Notes: a model not told the origin generated them from the letters alone. 64,000 nt of DNA from Eledone cirrhosa (GCA_964016885.1 OZ024747.1:26970001-27034000); one strand, 5' to 3'. Shown: positions 39,641 to 51,345, counted from the first letter of the stretch. A program made the numbers and translations.

Positions 39641-39869
39641 ACTTCTGGTCCTACATTAGCTTCAACGTTTATTATATGAAACAGGGGTTTAATAAATAAC
39701 TAGCTATATCTAGATATAACTTGTTATAACTAGGTATGACTAGATGTAACCAGATAATAGCTAACTAGCCATAACTTAGGTAAACAATATGGGGGGGGGG
39801 GTATGACTGTTTTAACCCAAATCTTTGACCTAAATGATGTAGACTCCTGTAAAAAATAGAAATTTACTA

Positions 39870-40100
39870 CAATACCACTACGACGACGACCTCCACCGCC
39901 ACCACCACCACCACAATAATTACGACGACGACCACCACCACCACCACCACAATAATTACGACCAGCACCACCACCACCACCACAATAATTACGACCAGCA
40001 CCACAACCACCACCACCACCACAATAATTACGACCAGCACCACCACCACCACCACAATAATTACAACCAACACAATCAGCACTACCACCACAACAAAAAC
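39870..40100. repeat. ACC-rich ~33-36-bp minisatellite
   Basis: accaccaccacaataattacgaccagc repeated about 5 times. Confidence 0.85.
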
Positions 40101-40143
40101 AATCAGCACGGGGGGGGGGGGGGACTTAGCTTTCTTCTTTGTC

Positions 40144-43100
40144 ATGGTAATGGTTATGACACATATACTCATATCTCTATCTGTTGTTATCCTTCCTTGT
40201 CTGACATACCTATGGCCACCTGACTATGGCTGTCCAGGTATGACAACACCTGACTATGGCTGTCCAGGTATGACAACACCTGACTACAACTGTCCAGGCA
40301 TGACAACACCTGACTATGACTGTCCAGGTATGACTACACCTGACTATGGCTGTCCAGGTATGACAACACCTGACTATGGCTGTCCAGGTATGACAACACC
40401 TGACTACAACTGTCCAGGCATGACAACACCTGACTATGACTGTTCAGGTATGACAACACCTGACTATGGCTGTCCAGCTATGACAACACCTGACTATGAC
40501 TGTCCAGGTATGACAACACCTGACTATGACTGTCCAGGTATGACAACACCTGACTATGACTGTCCAGGTATGACAACACCTGACTACGACTGTCCAGGTA
40601 TGACAACACCTGACTATGACTGTCCAGGTATGACAACACCTGACTATGACTGTCCAGGTATGACAACACCTGGCTACAACTGTTCAGGTATGACAACACC
40701 TGACTATGACTGTCCAGGTATGACAACACCTGACTATGGCTGTCCAGGTATGACAACACCTGACTATGACTGTCCAGGTATGACAACACCTGACTATGAC
40801 TGTCCAGGTATGACAACACCTGACTATGGCTGTCCAGGTATGACAACACCTGACTATGGCTGTCCAGGTATGACAACACCTGACTATGGCTGTCCAGGTA
40901 TGACAACACCTGACTATGGCTGTCCAGGTATGACAACACCTGACTATGACTGTCCAGGCATGTCAACACCTGACTATGACTGTCCAGGTATGACAACACC
41001 TGACTATGGCTGTCCAGGTATGACAACACCTGACTATGACTGTCCAGGTATGACAACACCTGACTACAACTGTCTAGGTATGTCAACACCTGACTATGAC
41101 TGTCCAGGTATGACATCACCTGACTATGACTGTCCAGGTATGACAACACCTGACTATGACTGTCCAGGTATGACAACACCTGACTATGACTGTCCAGGTA
41201 TGACAACACCTGACTACAACTGTCCAGGCATGTCAACACCTGACTACAACTGTCCAGGCATGTCAACACCTGACTATGACTGTCCAGGTATGACAACACC
41301 TGACTACAACTGTCTAGGCATGTCAACACCTGACTATGACTGTCCAGGTATGTCAACACCTGACTATGACTGTCCAGGTATGACAACACCTGACTATGAC
41401 TGTCCAGGTATGACAACACCTGACTATGACTGTCCAGGTATGTCAACACCTGACTACAACTGTCCAGGTATGACAACATCTGACTATGACTGTCCAGGTA
41501 TGACAACACCTGACTACAACTGTCCAGGCATGTCAACACCTGACTATGACTGTCCAGGTATGACAACACCTGACTATGACTGTCCAGGTATGACAACACC
41601 TGACTATGACTGTCCAGATATGACAACACCTGACTACAACTGTCCAGGTATGACAACACCTGACTATGACTGTCCAGGTATGACAACACCTGACTATGAC
41701 TGTCCAGGTATGACAACACCTGACTATGACTGTCCAGATATGACAACACCTGACTACAACTGTCCAGGCATGTCAACACCTGACTATGACTGTCCAGGTA
41801 TGACAACACCTGACTATGACTGTCCAGGTATGACAACACCTGACTATGACTGTCCAGATATGACAACACCTGACTACAACTGTCCAGGTATGACAACACC
41901 TGACTATGACTGTCCAGGTATGACAACACCTGACTATGACTGTCCAGGTATGTCAACACCTGACTATGGCTGTCCAGGTATGACAACACCTGACTACGAC
42001 TGTCCAGGTATGACAACACCTGACTATGACTGTCCAGGTATGACAACACCTGACTACGACTGTCCAGGTATGACAACACCTGACTATGACTGTCCAGGTA
42101 TGACAACACCTGACTATGGCTGTCCAGGTATGACAACACCTGACTACGACTGTCCAGGTATGACAACACCTGACTATGACTGTCCAGGTATGACAACACC
42201 TGACTACGACTGTCCAGGTATGACAACACCTGACTATGACTGTCCAGGTATGACAACACCTGACTACGACTGTCCAGGTATGACAACACCTGACTATGAC
42301 TGTCCAGGTATGACAACACCTGACTATGGCTGTCCAGGTATGACAACACCTGACTACAACTGTCCAGGCATGTCAACACCTGACTACGACTGTCCAGGTA
42401 TGACAACACCTGACTATGACTGTCCAGGTATGACAACACCTGACTACAACTGTCCAGGCATGTCAACACCTGACTATGACTGTCCAGGTATGTCAACACC
42501 TGACTATGACTGTCCAGGCATGTCAACACCTGACTATGGCTGTCCAGGTATGACAACACCTGACTACAACTGTCCAGGTATGTCAACACCTGACTACGAC
42601 TGTCCAGGTATGACAACACCTGACTATGACTGTCCAGGTATGACAACACCTGACTACAACTGTCCAGGCATGTCAACACCTAACTATGACTGTCCAGGTA
42701 TGTCAACACCTGACTATGACTGTCCAGGTATGACAACACCTGACTACGACTGTCCAGGTATGACAACCCCTGACTACAACTGTCCAGGCATGTCAACACC
42801 TGACTATAACTGTCCAGGTATGTCAACACCTGACTACGACTGTCCAGGTATGACAACACCTGACTATGACTGTCCAGGCATGTCAACACCTGACTATGAC
42901 TGTCCAGGTATGACAACACCTGACTATGACTGTCCAGGTATGACAACACCTGACTATAGCTGTCCAGGTATGTCAACACCTGACTATGACTGTCCAGGTA
43001 TGACAACACCTGACTATGACTGTCCAGGTATGACAACACCTGACTACAACTGTCCAGGTATGACAACACCTGACTACAACTGTCCAGGTATGTCAACACC

Positions 43101-46100
43101 TGACTACGACTGTCCAGGTATGACAACACCTGACTATGACTGTCCAGGCATGTCAACACCTGACTATGACTGTCCAGGTATGACAACACCTGACTATGAC
43201 TGTCCAGGTATGACAACACCTGACTATGACTGTCCAGGTATGACATCACCTGACTATGACTGTCCAGGTATGACTACACCTGACTATGACTGTCCAGGTA
43301 TGACAACACCTGACTATGACTGTCCAGGTATGACAACACCTGACTATGGCTGTCCAGGTATGACAACACCTGACTATGACTGTCCAGGTATGACAACATC
43401 TGACTATGGCTGTCCAGGTATGACAACACCTGACTATGGCTGTCCAGGTATGACAACACCTGACTATGACTGTCCAGGTATGACAACACCTGACTATGAC
43501 TGTCCAGGTATGACAACACCTGACTATAATTGTCCAGGTATGACAACACCTGACTATGACTGTCCAGCTATGACAACACCTGACTATGACTGTCCAGGTA
43601 TGACAACACCTGACTATGACTGTCCAGGTATGACAACACCTGACTATGACTGTCCAGGTATGACAACACCTGACTATGACTGTCCAGGTATGACAACACC
43701 TGACTATGACTGTCCAGGTATGACAACACCTGACTATGACTGTCCAGGTATGACAACACCTGACTATTACTGTCCAGGTATGACAACACCTGACTGTGAC
43801 TGTCCAGGTATGACAACACCTGACTATAATTGTCCAGGTATGACAACACCTGACTATGGCTGTCCAGGTATGACAACACCTGACTATGGCTGTCCAGGTA
43901 TGACAACACCTGACCATGACTGTCCAGGTATGACAACACCTGACTATGACTGTCCAGGTATGACAACACCTGACTATAATTGTCCAGGTATGACAACACC
44001 TGACTATGACTGTCCAGGTATGACAACACCTGACTATGACTGTCCAGGTATGACAACACCTGACTATGGCTGTCCAGGTATGACAACACCTGACTATGGC
44101 TGTCCAGGTATGACAACACCTGACTATGACTGTCCAGGTATGACAACACCTGACTACAACTGTCTAGGTATGTCAACACCTGACTATGACTGTCCAGGTA
44201 TGACAACACCTGACTATGGCTGTCCAGGTATGACAACACCTGACTATGACTGTCCAGGTATGACAACACCTGACTATGGCTGTCCAGGTATGACAACACC
44301 TGACTATGACTGTCCAGGCATGTCAACACCTGACTATGACTGTCCAGGTATGACAACACCTGACTATGGCTGTCCAGGTATGACAACACCTGACTATGAC
44401 TGTCCAGGTATGACAACACCTGACTACAACTGTCTAGGTATGTCAACACCTGACTATGACTGTCCAGGTATGACATCACCTGACTATGACTGTCCAGGTA
44501 TGACAACACCTGACTATGACTGTCCAGGTATGACAACACCTGACTATGACTGTCCAGGTATGACAACACCTGACTACAACTGTCCAGGCATGTCAACACC
44601 TGACTACAACTGTCCAGGCATGTCAACACCTGAATATGACTGTCCAGGTATGTCAACACCTGACTATGACTGTCCAGGTATGACAACACCTGACTATGAC
44701 TGTCCAGGTATGACAACACCTGACTACAACTGTCTAGGCATGTCAACACCTGACTATGACTGTCCAGGTATGTCAACACCTGACTATGACTGTCCAGGTA
44801 TGACAACACCTGACTATGACTGTCCAGGTATGACAACACCTGACTATGACTGTCCAGGTATGTCAACACCTGACTACAACTGTCCAGGTATGACAACATC
44901 TGACTATGACTGTCCAGGTATGACAACACCTGACTACAACTGTCCAGGCATGTCAACACCTGACTATGACTGTCCAGGTATGACAACACCTGACTATGAC
45001 TGTCCAGGTATGACAACACCTGACTATGACTGTCCAGATATGACAACACCTGACTACAACTGTCCAGGTATGACAACACCTGACTATGACTGTCCAGGTA
45101 TGACAACACCTGACTATGACTGTCCAGGTATGACAACACCTGACTATGACTGTCCAGATATGACAACACCTGACTACAACTGTCCAGGCATGTCAACACC
45201 TGACTATGACTGTCCAGGTATGACAACACCTGACTATGACTGTCCAGGTATGACAACACCTGACTATGACTGTCCAGATATGACAACACCTGACTACAAC
45301 TGTCCAGGTATGACAACACCTGACTATGACTGTCCAGGTATGACAACACCTGACTATGACTGTCCAGGTATGTCAACACCTGACTATGGCTGTCCAGGTA
45401 TGACAACACCTGACTACGACTGTCCAGGTATGACAACACCTGACTATGACTGTCCAGGTATGACAACACCTGACTACGACTGTCCAGGTATGACAACACC
45501 TGACTATGACTGTCCAGGTATGACAACACCTGACTATGGCTGTCCAGGTATGACAACACCTGACTACGACTGTCCAGGTATGACAACACCTGACTATGAC
45601 TGTCCAGGTATGACAACACCTGACTACGACTGTCCAGGTATGACAACACCTGACTATGACTGTCCAGGTATGACAACACCTGACTACGACTGTCCAGGTA
45701 TGACAACACCTGACTATGACTGTCCAGGTATGACAACACCTGACTATGGCTGTCCAGGTATGACAACACCTGACTACAACTGTCCAGGCATGTCAACACC
45801 TGACTACGACTGTCCAGGTATGACAACACCTGACTATGACTGTCCAGGTATGACAACACCTGACTACAACTGTCCAGGCATGTCAACACCTGACTATGAC
45901 TGTCCAGGTATGTCAACACCTGACTATGACTGTCCAGGCATGTCAACACCTGACTATGGCTGTCCAGGTATGACAACACCTGACTACAACTGTCCAGGTA
46001 TGTCAACACCTGACTACGACTGTCCAGGTATGACAACACCTGACTATGACTGTCCAGGTATGACAACACCTGACTACAACTGTCCAGGCATGTCAACACC

Positions 46101-48966
46101 TGACTATGACTGTCCAGGTATGTCAACACCTGACTATGACTGTCCAGGTATGACAACACCTGACTACGACTGTCCAGGTATGACAACACCTGACTACAAC
46201 TGTCCAGGCATGTCAACACCTGACTATAACTGTCCAGGTATGTCAACACCTGACTACGACTGTCCAAGTATGACAACACCTGACTATGACTGTCCAGGCA
46301 TGTCAACACCTGACTATGACTGTCCAGGTATGACAACACCTGACTATGACTGTCCAGGTATGACAACACCTGACTATAGCTGTCCAGGTATGTCAACACC
46401 TGACTATGACTGTCCAGGTATGACAACACCTGACTATGACTGTCCAGGTATGACAACACCTGACTACAACTGTCCAGGTATGACAACACCTGACTACAAC
46501 TGTCCAGGTATGTCAACACCTGACTACGACTGTCCAGGTATGACAACACCTGACTATGACTGTCCAGGCATGTCAACACCTGACTATGACTGTCCAGGTA
46601 TGACAACACCTTACTATGACTGTCCAGGTATGACAACACCTGACTATGACTGTCCAGGTATGACATCACCTGACTACGACTGTCCAGGTATGACTACACC
46701 TGACTATGACTGTCCAGGTATGACAACACCTGACTATGACTGTCCAGGTATGACAACACCTGACTATGGCTGTCCAGGTATGACAACACCTGACTATGAC
46801 TGTCCAGGTATGACAACACCTGACTATGGCTGTCCAGGTATGACAACACCTGACTATGGCTGTCCAGGTATGACAACACCTGACTATGACTGTCCAGGTA
46901 TGACAACACCTGACTATGACTGTCCAGGTATGACAACACCTGACTATAATTGTTCAGGTATGACAACACCTGACTATGACTGTCCAGGTATGACAACACC
47001 TGACTATGACTGTCCAGGTATGACAACACCTGACTATGACTGTCCAGGTATGACAACACCTGACTATGACTGTCCAGGTATGACAACACCTGACTATGAC
47101 TGTCCAGGTATGACAACACCTGACTATGACTGTCCAGGTATGACAACACCTGACTATGACTGTCCAGGTATGACAACACCTGACTATTACTGTCCAGGTA
47201 TGACAACACCTGACTGTGACTGTCCAGGTATGACAACACCTGACTATAATTGTCCAGGTATGACAACACCTGACTATGGCTGTCCAGGTATGACAACACC
47301 TGACTATGGCTGTCCAGGTATGACAACACCTGACTATGACTGTCCAGGTATGACAACACCTGACTATGACTGTCCAGGTATGACAACACCTGACTATAAT
47401 TGTCCAGGTATGACAACACCTGACTATGACTGTCCAGGTATGACAACACCTGACTATGACTGTCCAGGTATGACAACACCTGACTATGGCTGTCCAGGTA
47501 TGACAACACCTGACTATGACTGTCCAGGTATGACAACACCTGACTATGGCTGTCCAGGTATGACAACACCTGACTATGACTGTCCAGGCATGTCAACACC
47601 TGACTATGACTGTCCAGGTATGACAACACCTGACTATGGCTGTCCAGGTATGACAACACCTGACTACAACTGTCTAGGTATGTCAACACCTGACTATGAC
47701 TGTCGAGGTATGACATCACCTGACTATGACTGTCCAGGTATGACATCACCTGACTATGACTCTCCAGGTATGACAACACCTGACTATGACTGTCCAGGTA
47801 TGACAACACCTGACTATGACTGTCCAGGTATGACAACACCTGACTATGACTGTCCAGGCATGACAACACCTGACTACAACTGTCCAGGCATGTCAACACC
47901 TGACTACAACTGTCCAGGCATGTCAACACCTGAATATGACTGTCCAGGTATGTCAACACCTGACTATGACTGTCCAGGTATGACAACACCTGACTATGAC
48001 TGTCCAGGTATGACAACACCTGACTATGACTGTCCAGGTATGACATCACCTGACTATGACTGTCCAGGTATGACTACACCTGACTATGACTGTCCAGGTA
48101 TGACAACACCTGACTATGACTGTCCAGGTATGACAACACCTGACTATGACTGTCCAGGTATGACAACACCTGACTATGACTGTCCAGGTATGACAACACC
48201 TGACTATGGCTGTCCAGGTATGACAACACCTGACTATGACTGTCCAGGTATGACAACACCTGACTATGGCTGTCCAGGTATGACAACACCTGACTATGGC
48301 TGTCCAGGTATGACAACACCTGACTATGACTGTCCAGGTATGACAACACCTGACTATGACTGTCCAGGTATGACAACACCTGACTATGACTGTCCAGGTA
48401 TGACAACACCTGACTATGACTGTCCAGGTATGACAACACCTGACTATGACTGTCCAGGTATGACAACACCTGACTATGACTGTCCAGGTATGACAACACC
48501 TGACTATGACTGTCCAGGTATGACAACACCTGACTATTACTGTCCAGGTATGACAACACCTGACTGTGACTGTCCAGGTATGACAACACCTGACTATAAT
48601 TGTCCAGGTATGACAACACCTGACTATGGCTGTCCAGGTATGACAACACCTGACTATGGCTGTCCAGGTATGACAACACCTGACTATGACTGTCCAGGTA
48701 TGACAACACCTGACTATGACTGTCCAGGTATGACAACACCTGACTATAATTGTCCAGGTATGACAACACCTGACTATGACTGTCCAGGTATGACAACACC
48801 TGACTATGACTGTCCAGGTATGACAACACCTGACTATGACTGTCCAGGTATCACAATACCTGACTATGACTGTCCAGGTATCACAATACCTGACTATGAC
48901 TGTCCAGGTATCACAATACCTGACTATGACTGTCCAGGTATCACAATACCTGACTATGGCTGTTAA
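40144..48966 (+). CDS. Hypothetical 2940-aa repeat protein (PDYDCPGMTT)n; may be non-coding
   Basis: ATG plus hydrophobic 24-aa leader in frame with the array, no stops, TAA immediately after the array, AATAAA at 49008-49013. Confidence 0.25.
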   Translation: MVMVMTHILISLSVVILPCLTYLWPPDYGCPGMTTPDYGCPGMTTPDYNCPGMTTPDYDCPGMTTPDYGCPGMTTPDYGCPGMTTPDYNCPGMTTPDYDCSGMTTPDYGCPAMTTPDYDCPGMTTPDYDCPGMTTPDYDCPGMTTPDYDCPGMTTPDYDCPGMTTPDYDCPGMTTPGYNCSGMTTPDYDCPGMTTPDYGCPGMTTPDYDCPGMTTPDYDCPGMTTPDYGCPGMTTPDYGCPGMTTPDYGCPGMTTPDYGCPGMTTPDYDCPGMSTPDYDCPGMTTPDYGCPGMTTPDYDCPGMTTPDYNCLGMSTPDYDCPGMTSPDYDCPGMTTPDYDCPGMTTPDYDCPGMTTPDYNCPGMSTPDYNCPGMSTPDYDCPGMTTPDYNCLGMSTPDYDCPGMSTPDYDCPGMTTPDYDCPGMTTPDYDCPGMSTPDYNCPGMTTSDYDCPGMTTPDYNCPGMSTPDYDCPGMTTPDYDCPGMTTPDYDCPDMTTPDYNCPGMTTPDYDCPGMTTPDYDCPGMTTPDYDCPDMTTPDYNCPGMSTPDYDCPGMTTPDYDCPGMTTPDYDCPDMTTPDYNCPGMTTPDYDCPGMTTPDYDCPGMSTPDYGCPGMTTPDYDCPGMTTPDYDCPGMTTPDYDCPGMTTPDYDCPGMTTPDYGCPGMTTPDYDCPGMTTPDYDCPGMTTPDYDCPGMTTPDYDCPGMTTPDYDCPGMTTPDYDCPGMTTPDYGCPGMTTPDYNCPGMSTPDYDCPGMTTPDYDCPGMTTPDYNCPGMSTPDYDCPGMSTPDYDCPGMSTPDYGCPGMTTPDYNCPGMSTPDYDCPGMTTPDYDCPGMTTPDYNCPGMSTPNYDCPGMSTPDYDCPGMTTPDYDCPGMTTPDYNCPGMSTPDYNCPGMSTPDYDCPGMTTPDYDCPGMSTPDYDCPGMTTPDYDCPGMTTPDYSCPGMSTPDYDCPGMTTPDYDCPGMTTPDYNCPGMTTPDYNCPGMSTPDYDCPGMTTPDYDCPGMSTPDYDCPGMTTPDYDCPGMTTPDYDCPGMTSPDYDCPGMTTPDYDCPGMTTPDYDCPGMTTPDYGCPGMTTPDYDCPGMTTSDYGCPGMTTPDYGCPGMTTPDYDCPGMTTPDYDCPGMTTPDYNCPGMTTPDYDCPAMTTPDYDCPGMTTPDYDCPGMTTPDYDCPGMTTPDYDCPGMTTPDYDCPGMTTPDYDCPGMTTPDYYCPGMTTPDCDCPGMTTPDYNCPGMTTPDYGCPGMTTPDYGCPGMTTPDHDCPGMTTPDYDCPGMTTPDYNCPGMTTPDYDCPGMTTPDYDCPGMTTPDYGCPGMTTPDYGCPGMTTPDYDCPGMTTPDYNCLGMSTPDYDCPGMTTPDYGCPGMTTPDYDCPGMTTPDYGCPGMTTPDYDCPGMSTPDYDCPGMTTPDYGCPGMTTPDYDCPGMTTPDYNCLGMSTPDYDCPGMTSPDYDCPGMTTPDYDCPGMTTPDYDCPGMTTPDYNCPGMSTPDYNCPGMSTPEYDCPGMSTPDYDCPGMTTPDYDCPGMTTPDYNCLGMSTPDYDCPGMSTPDYDCPGMTTPDYDCPGMTTPDYDCPGMSTPDYNCPGMTTSDYDCPGMTTPDYNCPGMSTPDYDCPGMTTPDYDCPGMTTPDYDCPDMTTPDYNCPGMTTPDYDCPGMTTPDYDCPGMTTPDYDCPDMTTPDYNCPGMSTPDYDCPGMTTPDYDCPGMTTPDYDCPDMTTPDYNCPGMTTPDYDCPGMTTPDYDCPGMSTPDYGCPGMTTPDYDCPGMTTPDYDCPGMTTPDYDCPGMTTPDYDCPGMTTPDYGCPGMTTPDYDCPGMTTPDYDCPGMTTPDYDCPGMTTPDYDCPGMTTPDYDCPGMTTPDYDCPGMTTPDYGCPGMTTPDYNCPGMSTPDYDCPGMTTPDYDCPGMTTPDYNCPGMSTPDYDCPGMSTPDYDCPGMSTPDYGCPGMTTPDYNCPGMSTPDYDCPGMTTPDYDCPGMTTPDYNCPGMSTPDYDCPGMSTPDYDCPGMTTPDYDCPGMTTPDYNCPGMSTPDYNCPGMSTPDYDCPSMTTPDYDCPGMSTPDYDCPGMTTPDYDCPGMTTPDYSCPGMSTPDYDCPGMTTPDYDCPGMTTPDYNCPGMTTPDYNCPGMSTPDYDCPGMTTPDYDCPGMSTPDYDCPGMTTPYYDCPGMTTPDYDCPGMTSPDYDCPGMTTPDYDCPGMTTPDYDCPGMTTPDYGCPGMTTPDYDCPGMTTPDYGCPGMTTPDYGCPGMTTPDYDCPGMTTPDYDCPGMTTPDYNCSGMTTPDYDCPGMTTPDYDCPGMTTPDYDCPGMTTPDYDCPGMTTPDYDCPGMTTPDYDCPGMTTPDYDCPGMTTPDYYCPGMTTPDCDCPGMTTPDYNCPGMTTPDYGCPGMTTPDYGCPGMTTPDYDCPGMTTPDYDCPGMTTPDYNCPGMTTPDYDCPGMTTPDYDCPGMTTPDYGCPGMTTPDYDCPGMTTPDYGCPGMTTPDYDCPGMSTPDYDCPGMTTPDYGCPGMTTPDYNCLGMSTPDYDCRGMTSPDYDCPGMTSPDYDSPGMTTPDYDCPGMTTPDYDCPGMTTPDYDCPGMTTPDYNCPGMSTPDYNCPGMSTPEYDCPGMSTPDYDCPGMTTPDYDCPGMTTPDYDCPGMTSPDYDCPGMTTPDYDCPGMTTPDYDCPGMTTPDYDCPGMTTPDYDCPGMTTPDYGCPGMTTPDYDCPGMTTPDYGCPGMTTPDYGCPGMTTPDYDCPGMTTPDYDCPGMTTPDYDCPGMTTPDYDCPGMTTPDYDCPGMTTPDYDCPGMTTPDYDCPGMTTPDYYCPGMTTPDCDCPGMTTPDYNCPGMTTPDYGCPGMTTPDYGCPGMTTPDYDCPGMTTPDYDCPGMTTPDYNCPGMTTPDYDCPGMTTPDYDCPGMTTPDYDCPGITIPDYDCPGITIPDYDCPGITIPDYDCPGITIPDYGC
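40219..48963. repeat. 30-bp minisatellite, about 291 copies, with ~3.4-kb higher-order repeat
   Basis: Unit cctgactatgactgtccaggtatgacaaca stays in register throughout (no indels); rare variants recur 3420 bp apart (tatagc 42951/46371, tattac 43761/47181). Confidence 0.99.
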
Positions 48967-49117
48967 AGAATTAGTGACAACATTCCAAACATAGAAACTT
49001 AACCTAGAATAAAGAATCATTAACCCTTTAGCATTTACATTACTCTATATATACTATTGTATTTTAGTGGTAAAATCTTTATTTCATAATATATCACACA
49101 TAATATTGAATCTATGA

Positions 49118-50335
49118 GTTTCACTTGAAAAGGAAGGTGAGGGTGGAAGGGAGGTGCCCCCCCCCCAGTATATATTTTACAAGGTGGGTGAATGTGGCCC
49201 ACGGGAATGAGCCTACTCTCAGTATGTGCCTGTAGGCTGGTTAACTTGAGGAGGAGAGGGATGCCCTTCCCAGGTGTCCTCGAAACATCAGGCGCTTCAG
49301 GATTGATGGGGTATCCGAGTCGCCCCTTGGTGGTTCAACCCCCTATTGGGGAATTTTTTATATATATTGTATTTGTACATTTTTTTCATTGTTAAATTGG
49401 TTTTGTGATTGCGCATTTTCATTCAATCTTATTGTAAAACCCCACTGTTCCTGTCTTTGTGTTGTCCCCTAAATGTCAGCCCTTGTGGCCAATGAATGAA
49501 ATCATTATTAGTTTCACTTGGAAAGGAAGGTGAGGGTGGAGAGAGAGAAGTGCTGCCCCCCCCCCCCCCCAGTACATTTGCTGAAAGTTGGGTGAATGTG
49601 GTGAAAATGGGCCGTGTGCGTGGGCCTAATCTGATCATGCACCTGTAGGTGGGTGAACTTCTCGGGTGCTCTCGAAGCATCGGATCATTCAGGATTGGTG
49701 AGGTACCTGAGTGAACCCTGGGTGGTCATCCCCCCTATTGGGGAATTTTTCTTGTATTTTTCTTGTTATTTTGTTATTGTTATTATTGTTTACATGTTGT
49801 ATATGTAAACCCCCACTGTCCCAGTCTTTTGTATTGTCCCCTATATGTAAACCCCCACTGTCCCAGTCTTTTGTATTGTCCCCTATATGTAAACCCCCAC
49901 TGTCCCAGTCTTTTGTATTGTCCCCTATATGTAAACCCCCACTGTCCCAGTCTTTTGTATTGTCCCCTATATGTAAACCCCCACTGTCCCAGTCTTTTGT
50001 ATTGTCCCCTATATGTAAACCCCCACTGTCCCAGTCTTTTGTATTGTCCCCTATATGTAAACCCCCACTGTCCCAGTCTTTTGTATTGTCCCCTATATGT
50101 AAACCCCCACTGTCCCAGTCTTTTGTATTGTCCCCTATATGTAAACTCCCACTGTCCCAGTCTTTTGTATTGTCCCCTATATGTAAACCCCCACTGTCCC
50201 AGTCTTTTGTATTGTCCCCTATATGTAAACCCCCACTGTCCCAGTCTTTTGTATTGTCCCCTATATGTAAACCCCCACTGTCCCAGTCTTTTGTATTGTC
50301 CCCTATATGTCGACCCTTGTGGCCAATAAATAAAA
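49118..50335 (+). mobile_element. Two tandem LINE (Tx1/L1-like) 3' ends
   Basis: Both begin gtttcacttg.aaaggaaggtgagggtgga (FHLERKVRVEREVL...WVNVVKMGRV...L*) and end cccttgtggccaat.aat.aaa followed by (att)n. Confidence 0.65.
49801..50310. repeat. 42-bp minisatellite, about 12 copies, inside a LINE 3'UTR
   Basis: Unit atatgtaaacccccactgtcccagtcttttgtattgtcccct. Confidence 0.97.
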
Positions 50336-50419
50336 ATCATTATTATCATTATTATTATTATTGTTGTTGTTGTTGTTATTATTGTTATTGTTCTTTGAGT
50401 CTCAGTCATTGATGTTATT

Positions 50420-51110
50420 TAACTGGAAAGTTTGTTGAAATGAATATCAAGCCACTACCTGCAGCCTCAGATATTCAGGACGTATCAGAGGGTTCTTGCT
50501 GTTCCCAGCATGCATGCCTTTTGAAGTGTTCCACAAAGCGGGGCTGGACTAATCTTCTTTAACCATCCTTGGAAACTCTTTGAGATAGTACCTAGTGCAC
50601 CTATGACAATCGGGACGACCTTGACTTCATGGCAGTTCCAAATCCTTTTTAACTCCCACTTTAAGTTCTGGTATCGGTTAATTTTCTCCCTCTCCTTTTC
50701 TTGCACTCTCATGTCTACAATCAGGCACAATCTTTTTTCCTTGTCCAAAACCACCAGGTCAGGCCTATTGTGTTCTAATTTCTTGTCCGTCTGTATCCTA
50801 AAATCCCATAGCACCTTCACCTGATCGTTTTCTATCACCGACTCTGGTTTATGCTCATACCACTTCTCAGAATGTGGTAAATTGTTTACTTTGTATAGAT
50901 GCCAGTGGATCACGCTGCCTATCACATCATGTCTCCAGCCTTTATAGTGAGTCTGGGCTAGGTGTTTACGCTTGGATACAATGGGAGCCACAGTCTCCTC
51001 CCTCTCTCCACAGATCCTACACAGTGAGCTAGCCTCCTCCTTATAAATATGGTGTTTCACCCACTTCGTTCTGAGGGCTTGCTCTTGCGCAGCCATTAGC
51101 ATTCCATCTG
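50420..51110 (-). pseudogene. RLE-type non-LTR retrotransposon C-terminus (R4/Dong/Hero-like): zinc knuckle and restriction-like endonuclease
   Basis: AAQEQALRT, CRICGEREETV, RHD, LWDFRIQTD, NRPDLVVLDK, EKINRYQNL, VPIVIGALG. Confidence 0.88.
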
Positions 51111-51145
51111 TAGCTTTTTATTGTTATTATTATTATTATTATTAT

Positions 51146-51345
51146 GGATTGGCAGTATTGGTGGAGGGTCGGACGCCATGCTTTCCAGCATAGATATGTC
51201 CCTTTACGGTCTGAGTTCAAATCCCGTCGAGGTTAACTTTGTCTTTCATCCTTACGGGGTCGATAAAATAAAGTACCAGTAATGCACTAGGTAATTGCTG
51301 GCCTTGTGCCAAATGTAGAAACAATTATTATTATTATTACTATCA
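51146..51345 (+). mobile_element. tRNA-derived SINE (8333 family)
   Basis: ggattggcagtattggtggagggtcggacgccatg...gagttcaaatccc...gaaacaattattatt. Confidence 0.85.

Noticed and set aside
40219-48963. CRISPR-like interpretation of the 30-bp array (also the 42- and 69-bp arrays)
   Set aside because: Units are head-to-tail with no unique spacers, there are no cas genes, and the context is eukaryotic
40478-49020. Minus-strand ORFs (SQVLSYLDSH)n and (VRCCHTWTVI)n
   Set aside because: Shadow frames of the 30-bp array, interrupted by stops
49019-49050. ttaaccctttagcatt, a piggyBac-like terminus
   Set aside because: No matching opposite end found
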